From the NCBI GenBank assembly GCA_045629725.1, contig JAZQRT010000015.1, forward strand, positions 4,189 to 68,188: a stretch of 64,000 bases of DNA. The letters run 5' to 3'. The translations under genes and the position numbers were made by a program. Under the pieces are notes generated by a model, which was not told the DNA's origin, did no database searches, and worked only from the letters and a program-made list of their open reading frames with translations. Numbering within the stretch: position 1 is the first letter of the stretch; each line of letters opens with the position of its first letter. This stretch comes from Eubacteriales bacterium. GTDB taxonomy: Bacteria > Bacillota > Clostridia > Oscillospirales > CAG-272. Below, one piece after another: positions 56,954 through 64,000 of the stretch.

Positions 56954-57167
56954 AATATTTTACCTCCCTAAATTGTACTAAAAGCCAATTTTCTAAACTA
57001 TATTAGTATTTTACACTATTTTACCATCTTTGTCAACAGTTATATATGAAACATTTATACATAAGTGAAAATATTTTTTAAATAATTGATAAATAAACTT
57101 GATTATTTCAGTTTTTTGTATTATAATGCCTTTTGAATATATTATTTTCACTTTTATGAGGTATTCT

Positions 57168-58265
57168 ATGAAACTTGGTATCGTAGGTCTTCCCAACGTG
57201 GGAAAAAGCACTCTTTTTAACGCTCTTACAAACGCGGGAGCGGGTGCTGCCAACTATCCTTTTTGTACTATCGAGCCTAATGTGGGCGTTGTTACAGTTC
57301 CCGACGAAAGGCTTGATTATCTTGCTGAAATTTACTCTCCCGAAAAATACACTCCCGCAACAATAGAATTCGTTGATATTGCAGGACTTGTTAAGGGTGC
57401 TTCCAAGGGTGAAGGACTTGGAAATAAATTTCTTTCACACATTCGTGAGGTAGATGCAATCATTCACGTTGTCCGTTGCTTTGAAGACGGAAACATCATT
57501 CATGTTGACGGTTCAGTCAACCCTCTGCGCGACCTTGAAACTATCAATCTTGAGCTTATCTTCTCCGATATTGAGCTTATTGAACGCCGTATCGACAGAA
57601 CAAAAAAAATACTCAAGGGCGATAAAACAAAGGAAGCAGAGCTTGCACTTCTTGAAAGACTCCATGCTGAGCTTGAAGAAGGCAGACCTGCAAGAGCAGT
57701 TACTATGACTGAAGACGAGCATGAAATGATCGCTGACATGCCCCTCCTTTCCGCAAAGCCTGTAATTTACGCGGCAAATATTGCAGAAGAAGACGTTGCC
57801 GAGGGCGGACGCTCCTCCGAGCTTTTCCTTGCTCTTGAAAAATACGCTCTGTCAGAAAATTCGGGAATCCTCCCCGTTTGTGCTTCCATTGAGGCTGAGC
57901 TTTCCGAGCTCGACCGCGAGGATAAAGAGGTTTTCCTTGCAGATCTTGGAATCACAGAATGCGGTCTTGACAAGCTTATCAAGGAAAGCTACTCTCTCCT
58001 TGGTCTTATAAGCTTCCTCACCGCAGGTCCCAAGGAGGTTCGCGCTTGGACAATCACAAGAGGCTCCAAGGCTCCCAAGGCTGCCGGAAAGATCCACAGT
58101 GATTTTGAGCGTGGATTTATCAGAGCAGAGGTTATTGCCTACAATGATCTTGTGGATTGCGGCGGAAATATGGTTGCTGCAAAGGAAAAGGGACTCATCA
58201 GAAGCGAAGGTAAGGATTACGTTATGAACGACGGCGATATCGTTGTATTCAGATTCAACGTTTAA
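57168..58265 (+). CDS. ychF: redox-regulated ribosome-binding ATPase YchF
   Basis: Start at [22 protein letters not shown]-terminal TGS-type domain. A TTGATT-17-TATAAT promoter lies upstream. Confidence 0.93.
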   Translation: MKLGIVGLPNVGKSTLFNALTNAGAGAANYPFCTIEPNVGVVTVPDERLDYLAEIYSPEKYTPATIEFVDIAGLVKGASKGEGLGNKFLSHIREVDAIIHVVRCFEDGNIIHVDGSVNPLRDLETINLELIFSDIELIERRIDRTKKILKGDKTKEAELALLERLHAELEEGRPARAVTMTEDEHEMIADMPLLSAKPVIYAANIAEEDVAEGGRSSELFLALEKYALSENSGILPVCASIEAELSELDREDKEVFLADLGITECGLDKLIKESYSLLGLISFLTAGPKEVRAWTITRGSKAPKAAGKIHSDFERGFIRAEVIAYNDLVDCGGNMVAAKEKGLIRSEGKDYVMNDGDIVVFRFNV

Positions 58266-58442
58266 GCCGATATATAGCCAAAAAAGAACTGTTTTCGGAG
58301 AAATTTGAAAAAGTGTTGTCACTTTTTCACTTTACAAACCTTAATCGGTTCTTTTTTTGTATATTATACCGTTGACACAGATAAACATATATTATATAAT
58401 ATACTTAAATAAACTTTATCGAAAGGAATCGAGGCGATAGGA

Positions 58443-58994
58443 ATGGAAGAAAACAAGTCAAAAACACCAAAGCTGCGCACAGACGCTGAATTCGAAGTGC
58501 TTGACCTGTATAACGAAAATGCCGAACCAACGGGCAGAACGATCCTTCGCGGAACACCTATCAAAAACGGGGAGTATTCCCTTTCGGTACACATGTTTAT
58601 TTATAACTCCAAGGGTATGTTTATTCTCCAAAAGCGTTCCAAAAAGAAAAAATCCCTACCGGGAGTTTGGGGAGTGACCTGCGGTGCCGCCATGTCCGGA
58701 GAGGACAGTATTTCTGCCGGTATCCGTGAAGCCAAGGAGGAGCTTGGTCTTGAGCTTGATCCGGAATCCTTTGAATTTATTGAAAAGATAAAGCGCCGTT
58801 ACAGCTTTGTGGACATTTATTTTGTTAAAGCCAAATTTGACATCTCAAAATGCGTCCTCCAGAAAGAAGAAGTCGAAAGCATCAAGCTTTCCTCTCCCAA
58901 GGAGCTTCTCAACATTATTATGGCATCCCCGAATATCAACAGCACCTATTCCGCCGCCGTCAAACGCGCCATGAAGGAACGCGGGCTGATTTAG
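58443..58994 (+). CDS. NUDIX hydrolase
   Basis: The Nudix box is GAAMSGEDSISAGIREAKEELGL. Confidence 0.85.
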   Translation: MEENKSKTPKLRTDAEFEVLDLYNENAEPTGRTILRGTPIKNGEYSLSVHMFIYNSKGMFILQKRSKKKKSLPGVWGVTCGAAMSGEDSISAGIREAKEELGLELDPESFEFIEKIKRRYSFVDIYFVKAKFDISKCVLQKEEVESIKLSSPKELLNIIMASPNINSTYSAAVKRAMKERGLI

Positions 58995-59093
58995 GGTTGT
59001 TTATTGGGAAATTCTCGTGGAGAATGCTTTTTGAAAAAAAGCACCCTCCCCATACCCCTTGCGCAAAAACTTTACTAAAAAGGATTTATATTT

Positions 59094-59133
59094 ATTAGTG
59101 CCCCTATTCATATTTGTGAATAGGGGCACTAAT
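59094..59133. terminator. perfect 17-bp hairpin between convergent genes
   Basis: ATTAGTGCCCCTATTCA-tatttg-TGAATAGGGGCACTAAT with AT-rich flanks on both sides. Confidence 0.65.
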
Positions 59134-59146
59134 TTATAAAGCTGTG

Positions 59147-59169
59147 GGACAGGCGTCCTCGACTGTCCG
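59147..59169 (+). repeat. 23-nt GC-rich repeat, copy 2
   Basis: GGACAGGCGTCCTCGACTGTCCG. It is self-complementary (GGACAG...CTGTCC). Confidence 0.8.
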
Positions 59170-59275
59170 AGTACAAACCTTCCCTTTACTTGCCAAGGCT
59201 CAGGCGAAGTTGCCTTCTTGGGTGGGAAAATGTGTCACCCGTAAGGGTGACGGATAAAGTGTCTTGCACGTAAAG

Positions 59276-59962
59276 TCACTCCGATATGTAAAAGGGTTCG
59301 CCAAAAGCACCGTTATATTTTTTAAAGGAATATATATCCCCCACTTCATATTTTTCATACTCGGCATAAGTTACCTTAACATCAAATTCTCTGCCGTCAA
59401 TTTCAATTTCAAAAGAATATTCATCAGGAGATTTTCTGCGTCTCGTCACATCTTTATCAAGTATCACAGCTTCCACAGTTGTAGGCTCCGTGGTATCCAG
59501 TACATAATTCAGATGTGAGATATAAATTGATGCAAGAAAGGTAATGAATACCGCTATTAATAGTCCGATAAGCACTGTCCCAAACTTTTTCATTTTCTTC
59601 ACCATTATAACTGTTATAAAAATACCACCTGCTATTCCCACGAGAAGGGACACCGCCCAAAAGGGCAAAAATGAATCGTTTTCAAATGAATACATAAAGC
59701 CATATATTCCCAAAACAAAAAATGAGGAAAGCCCAAGCCACATAAATACCTCGTTAAATATGTATATTAGCTTACTTGTTTCTCCCTTTTTCTTAAAACA
59801 ATGATCCAGCAAAAAAACAGCTACAGGTCCCAAGAGCATTCCTATAACACCCGAAGTTATAAATACTTTTGTGGGTAATATTTCTCTTGCAGAAAACATC
59901 AGAGCCACAACAATAACCGCAATTATATACGATCTTAAACTGGTTTTATTTTTTTTCTTCAC
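59276..59962 (-). CDS. polytopic membrane protein of unknown function
   Basis: The start is moved to a GTG 9 nt after AAGGAGG (MKKKNKTSLRSY...). Five or six hydrophobic segments, then a soluble C-terminal beta-rich domain. Confidence 0.55.
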   Translation of the reverse strand: MKKKNKTSLRSYIIAVIVVALMFSAREILPTKVFITSGVIGMLLGPVAVFLLDHCFKKKGETSKLIYIFNEVFMWLGLSSFFVLGIYGFMYSFENDSFLPFWAVSLLVGIAGGIFITVIMVKKMKKFGTVLIGLLIAVFITFLASIYISHLNYVLDTTEPTTVEAVILDKDVTRRRKSPDEYSFEIEIDGREFDVKVTYAEYEKYEVGDIYSFKKYNGAFGEPFYISE

Positions 59963-60671
59963 CCAACAAAACCTCCTTGTTTGTTCCGTAAAAGATATCA
60001 TCATGCCCCGAAATCAGTTTAAAGAACTCCTCGAGACGGTTCCAATCGCTTGACGTAAAATCCATTTCGTAGGAATGTCCCCAAATATAGAATATCTGAG
60101 GCTTATCGGGCTTCATTTCAATAAACCTCTTGCCCATTTCCATCATTCTGTCAAATTCCATTATATGATACACATTCGGGTCGAATCTATACAGATTTTC
60201 CTGTATATCAAAGCTATCGGTATTTGTGATGGTACGGCAGTATTTTATCTTGGTATTATTTTTTATAATCTTTGCAACTCTGTCATCATTGTTAACACCT
60301 CCGCAGGGGTATGCCATTCCAACAATGGGATAGCCAACAAGAGCTTCAAGATTCTTTCTGTCCTCCTCTACCTGCCTTATTATCTCCTCCTCGGGAAGCT
60401 CTGTGAGATTGGGATGCGTGAGAGTATGAACTGCCACCTCGTGCCCCTCGTAAAGCATTTTAACGTGGCTCGGATGCACCTTATAATGGGATATCTTCAT
60501 TCCGTTTCTTATAAGCCTTCCATGTGTGCCGTGAAGCTCGGAATTTATATTAAAGGTACATTTGAGGTTATATTTATTTAAAAGCTCCACAAGTCTGAAA
60601 TCCTGTGTAACTCCGTCATCGTAGCTGAAGGTGACGGCTTTTTTCTTTTCCTTTGTCCATTCGGGATACAT
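59946..60671 (-). CDS. polysaccharide deacetylase (NodB-type) family protein
   Basis: 241 aa with FSYDDG...HTLTHP motifs. Confidence 0.8.
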   Translation of the reverse strand: MYPEWTKEKKKAVTFSYDDGVTQDFRLVELLNKYNLKCTFNINSELHGTHGRLIRNGMKISHYKVHPSHVKMLYEGHEVAVHTLTHPNLTELPEEEIIRQVEEDRKNLEALVGYPIVGMAYPCGGVNNDDRVAKIIKNNTKIKYCRTITNTDSFDIQENLYRFDPNVYHIMEFDRMMEMGKRFIEMKPDKPQIFYIWGHSYEMDFTSSDWNRLEEFFKLISGHDDIFYGTNKEVLLGEEKK

Positions 60672-60797
60672 TCATCATCACTCCTTTTTCATAATTATAT
60701 CACGTTTTTTTGATCTTGTAAATACGGGACTGAATAAACTTCCGTAAAATGGGAATTTTATAACTGATATACATTTGAATATTTCTGAGGTGATAAT

Positions 60798-61808
60798 ATG
60801 CAAAAAGGAATCGTAAAACTGAAAAATCCGCCGAGCATACACTCATGGGCTTGTGTCGGAGGTGAGAAAGAATGGGAAGGACCGCTGGGTGATAAATTCG
60901 ATCACATTGATGAAACGAACCGTTTTTCCATGGATACATGGGAGCAATCCGAAAACGAGGCTCAGCGTCTTTCTTTTAATTTTGCTCTTAAAAAGGGGGA
61001 TCTTGCTCCCGATGATATAGATGCCCTTTTCGCAGGGGACCTTATCAACCAGTGCACCGGCTCTGCCTACGGACTTTTATCCTTTGATATCCCATTCTTC
61101 GGTATATACGGTGCCTGCTCCACCTCTGCCGAGGCGCTGACGCTCAGTGCTCTTTGTATTGATTCGGGGCACTACGATAAATGCGGAGCGGTGTGCTCCT
61201 CCCATTTCTGCTCAGCAGAACGTCAGTTCAGATATCCTCTTGAATACGGAAACCAACGTACCCCCACCTCCCAGTGGACCGTAACGGCAGCAGCCTCCTT
61301 CATTGTATCAAAAGACGGAAAAGGACCTTATATCACTGAGGTCATGCCCGGTATAGTTTATGACGGCGGCATCAATGACGCAAATAACATGGGCGCTGCA
61401 ATGGCACCTGCCGCTGTTGAAAGCCTCCTTAAATATTTCCGAACCTCGGGCAAGAAGCCCTCCTTCTTTGACGGAATTTTCACGGGAGATCTTGGATATG
61501 AGGGACATTCCATCGTCATTGACCTTATGCACCGAGAGGGATATACCCTTTGGGATAATTATTACGACTGCGGAATGCTCATCTATGATAGGCAAAAACA
61601 AGATATGCACGCAGGAGGCTCGGGCTGCGGCTGCTCCGCTTCAGTCCTTTGCACTCACATTCTTCCAAAGCTGAAAAGCGGCCTGTGGCATGACGTTTTA
61701 TATATCGCAACGGGTGCTATGATGAGCCCAGCAAGTATACAACAAGGGCTTTCCATACCCGGAATTGCTCATATTATCCATATATCAAGCAAAAAGGAGA
61801 AAAATTAA
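60798..61808 (+). CDS. spoVAD: stage V sporulation protein AD
   Basis: 336 aa, thiolase-like, collinear with Bacillus SpoVAD (AGDL.NQ, GACSTS, SAERQFRYP.EYG, GGSGC.CSA). Confidence 0.92.
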   Translation: MQKGIVKLKNPPSIHSWACVGGEKEWEGPLGDKFDHIDETNRFSMDTWEQSENEAQRLSFNFALKKGDLAPDDIDALFAGDLINQCTGSAYGLLSFDIPFFGIYGACSTSAEALTLSALCIDSGHYDKCGAVCSSHFCSAERQFRYPLEYGNQRTPTSQWTVTAAASFIVSKDGKGPYITEVMPGIVYDGGINDANNMGAAMAPAAVESLLKYFRTSGKKPSFFDGIFTGDLGYEGHSIVIDLMHREGYTLWDNYYDCGMLIYDRQKQDMHAGGSGCGCSASVLCTHILPKLKSGLWHDVLYIATGAMMSPASIQQGLSIPGIAHIIHISSKKEKN

Positions 61809-62173
61809 TGGATTTTTACGATTACCTAAATTCATTCATCGTGGGCGGTCTTTTCTGTGTTGTGGCACAGATACTCATCGACAAAACAAAGCTTACTCCC
61901 GCAAGGATCCTTGTTTCTTACGTAGTTGCAGGAGTTGTGCTTTCCGCTATCGGCATATATCCTGCCATCGTTGAATTTGCAGGTGCAGGAGCGACCGTGC
62001 CTCTCACGGGATTTGGTCACAATCTTGCAGAGGGTGTAAGAACGGCAGTTGATGAAAAAGGGCTTATCGGCGCAATAACGGGAGGACTTACTGCCTCGGC
62101 AGGGGGAATCAGCGCCGCAATTTGCCTTGGATTTCTCACAGCACTCATATCAAGGAGCAAAATGAAGGGATAG
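61808..62173 (+). CDS. spoVAE: stage V sporulation protein AE (SpoVAEb-type)
   Basis: 121 aa with GGLFCVVAQILID..KLTPA and GAGATVPLTGFGH. Confidence 0.88.
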   Translation: MDFYDYLNSFIVGGLFCVVAQILIDKTKLTPARILVSYVVAGVVLSAIGIYPAIVEFAGAGATVPLTGFGHNLAEGVRTAVDEKGLIGAITGGLTASAGGISAAICLGFLTALISRSKMKG

Positions 62174-62427
62174 GCGGTGATAATATCAGGAAAATAAAGA
62201 TATTTCCCTTTTCATCAATAGACGCTATCGGAGACAAGATTGTGGGAGAACTTCACGAAAACGGTGAGGTGGAGCTTTTTTGTCACGGGGAGGGCTCTCT
62301 TTCCTGCGTTTTTTTAAGCGTTAACGCCGCCAAGGAATGTATGATGGGTGAATACTCCGTAGAGCTTGTCCGAGCCGTTGTGAGAGGGACCGAGGGCGCT
62401 TTTCTTATAAAGGCTGTGAAAACTTAA
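62122..62427 (+). CDS. small hypothetical protein, possibly SpoVS/Alba-like fold; start uncertain
   Basis: The by-eye pattern IKIFPFSSIDAIGDKIVGELHENGEVELFCHGEGSL resembles LKVSAKS.PNSVAGALAGVLRERGAAEIQAIGAGAL of SpoVS. The only in-frame ATG overlaps spoVAE by 52 nt. Confidence 0.35.
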   Translation: MPWISHSTHIKEQNEGIGGDNIRKIKIFPFSSIDAIGDKIVGELHENGEVELFCHGEGSLSCVFLSVNAAKECMMGEYSVELVRAVVRGTEGAFLIKAVKT

Positions 62428-62493
62428 TATTCTCAAACTCGGCGAAATAATGCTCGGACATTTTTCACCGAGTTTTCATTTTCCATATCGGGG

Positions 62494-62522
62494 TTGACAT
62501 TAATTTAGGTGTGTGATATAAT
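62494..62522 (+). promoter_or_regulatory. promoter of the rnf-like operon
   Basis: TTGACA, 17-nt spacer, TATAAT (consensus). Confidence 0.7.
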
Positions 62523-62551
62523 AAACCATATTTATTTTGAGGATTGAAATT

Positions 62552-63724
62552 ATGCAGTATACATTGACAGGCGGAATAAAATACAGAAAGAAGCGCTACA
62601 AGGAACAGCCCTGCCCTGATTTTGTACCGAACGAGGTCAGCATTTTTTTAAAGGATGCTACACCTATTACGAACGTTGGAGAGCTTGTAAAAAAAGGGGC
62701 ACCGATTGCAAAAAATGATGAAGGCTTTACTATCTATGCCTCTATAACAGGTGAAGTAACAAGCCTTGACGATGGATTTATTACCATTGCTGTAAAAGAA
62801 AAAGAAACTGAAACAGACGAAATTACACTTTTACCCGAATATACGGGAGAACTCAACGCCGAAAGCCGCGCGGACCTTGCAAGATATCTTCTTGCCGCAG
62901 GTCATCCTGACAGCGCGGAAATGGACATAAGACGGGATTTCGGCAATACCAAAAGAGTCATATTGAATTGCATATCCTCTCCTGATCCCAAGGATGCGGA
63001 AAGGATAATTGACGGTGCTAAGACAATTCTCCTCTCCATCGGCATAAGAAGTGCAGTTGTAGCCATTTCCAAAAAAGATACCAAGTTTGCTCGTGCCATC
63101 GAAAAATGCAAATATGACAGGAACATGTTTTTAATTGCCATGCTCCCCGTTTCCCATCCTCTTGAATCCCCCGTTGCCTTGAGATCGGCTCTGATTCCCT
63201 CCGCCAATGATGATAATTGCTTTGTTCTTTCCACGTCATCATGTATTGCAGCTTACGAAGCCGCGGCGGAACGAAAACCCTTTATCGGGCACAATATAAG
63301 GGTGATTTACAAAAGCTCCTCCTATCATATTTTTTGCCCCTTTGGAACCATGGTAAAGGATATAAAAGAATATTTTGCCCCCATACTTCAAAGGGACGCG
63401 GAAGCATTGTCCATATGCACGGGTATCTCCGGAATCGGCATTTCGCTTTCGGACAGCACTGTTATTGGAGATGATATAACTGCCCTTACTATTACAAAAA
63501 AAATTATCTCCTGCTCCGAAAAGCCCCCTGTGTGCATAGCCTGCGGCAAGTGCAGTAAGGTATGCCCCAGAAAGCTCTCGCCCTATTTACTATACAAAAA
63601 ATCAACCGAATCATCAATTTCCGATTGTATTTCCTGCGCTTGTTGCTCTGCGGCATGCCCTGTGGGAATTCCTCTTGCGGAAACGATCACTAAGCTAAGA
63701 TGGGAGGCATACAATGAAAATTAA
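62552..63724 (+). CDS. rnfC: RnfC-like subunit with two 4Fe-4S ferredoxin motifs but degenerate NADH/FMN-binding motifs
   Basis: N-terminal GGI...hybrid-barrel region. The C-terminus has CIACGKCSKVCP and CISCACCSAACP. It is directly followed by rnfD. The positions of the usual GGAGFP and NGAECEPY motifs read HPDSAEMD and NCISSPDP. Confidence 0.65.
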   Translation: MQYTLTGGIKYRKKRYKEQPCPDFVPNEVSIFLKDATPITNVGELVKKGAPIAKNDEGFTIYASITGEVTSLDDGFITIAVKEKETETDEITLLPEYTGELNAESRADLARYLLAAGHPDSAEMDIRRDFGNTKRVILNCISSPDPKDAERIIDGAKTILLSIGIRSAVVAISKKDTKFARAIEKCKYDRNMFLIAMLPVSHPLESPVALRSALIPSANDDNCFVLSTSSCIAAYEAAAERKPFIGHNIRVIYKSSSYHIFCPFGTMVKDIKEYFAPILQRDAEALSICTGISGIGISLSDSTVIGDDITALTITKKIISCSEKPPVCIACGKCSKVCPRKLSPYLLYKKSTESSISDCISCACCSAACPVGIPLAETITKLRWEAYNEN

Positions 63725-64000
63725 ATCGATCATACCTCGCCGTCCAAAAAACACTTTAAGTTATATTTCCGACTATATCACGGCACTGCTTCCCTCACTT
63801 GTTTTTGCTGCTGTATTTTACACAAGTTCAATTATAACAAACGTACTGATCTCAGTTGCCGTCACACTTGCCCTTGAGCTTGTTTTCTCCTATGTGATGC
63901 AAAAGGAATTCGACGGAACAATGATGGTCCGCGCACTTGTTTTATGCCTTTGTCTGCCATCAAATGCCCCTGTATGGTGCTACGCCTTGGGCGGTGGTAT
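63714..64000 (+). CDS. rnfD: RnfD-like membrane subunit; 3' end lies beyond the right window edge
   Basis: Open frame from ATG 63714 to the window end. The sequence is polytopic (LLPSLVFAAVFY...LCLCLPSNAPVWCYALGG). Confidence 0.75.
   Translation, partial: MKIKSIIPRRPKNTLSYISDYITALLPSLVFAAVFYTSSIITNVLISVAVTLALELVFSYVMQKEFDGTMMVRALVLCLCLPSNAPVWCYALGGG

Noticed and set aside
60741-60790. Attempt to call a forespore (sigma-G/F-type) promoter upstream of spoVAD (TGAATA...ATTTTATA).
   Set aside because: The -10 region does not match the CATxxTA-type consensus convincingly. I cannot support it from sequence alone.

Overview
This 64-kb chromosomal window comes from a low-GC Gram-positive bacterium. 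It is probably a spore-forming member of the Clostridia, judging from spoVAD/spoVAE, rnf genes, T-box and TPP leaders and strong GGAGG ribosome-binding sites; that taxon call is inference only. Most of the window is core metabolism. (1) A complete histidine operon hisZ-G-D-C-B-H-A-F-IE lies at 25.2-32.6 kb on the minus strand, with the PHP-type histidinol phosphatase unlinked at 11.1 kb. (2) A branched-chain amino-acid supercluster lies at 32.9-46.9 kb on the plus strand: ilvE, then T-box(Leu)-leuA-ilvB-ilvN-ilvC, then ilvD-leuC-leuD-leuB-DUF815-ilvA-ridA. (3) serC-serA sit behind a T-box leader. (4) rplJ-rplL have their own promoter and L10-type leader. (5) thiT-thiN follow a TPP riboswitch. 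(6) Also present are prfB, nif3, trmK, a HIT protein, ychF, a long prs-like gene and an rluD-like gene. The accessory-looking parts are: a tightly coupled CPBP protease / two RimK-like ATP-grasp ligases / HD hydrolase / DUF2752 array (5.9-9.8 kb); three zinc-ribbon membrane proteins (9.9-11.1 kb); a repeat-containing lipoprotein and an M14 peptidase; an operon led by an HPr-kinase-like P-loop protein and a PqqD/RRE-like protein that runs into an orphan Wzz / BY-kinase / PHP-phosphatase module (20.0-24.8 kb); two two-component systems; an ECF sigma/anti-sigma pair; an orphan radical SAM/SPASM gene; and spoVAD-spoVAE followed by an RnfC-like gene whose nucleotide-binding motifs look degenerate. 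I saw no rRNA, tRNA, CRISPR array, transposase, integrase or recognisable defence gene. The best candidates for something not yet described are the HprK-like/PqqD operon, the ATP-grasp array, the degenerate RnfC, the DUF815 gene embedded in the leu/ilv operon, and a short GC-rich repeat shared by two convergent intergenic regions. Novelty cannot be established from sequence alone for any of them.
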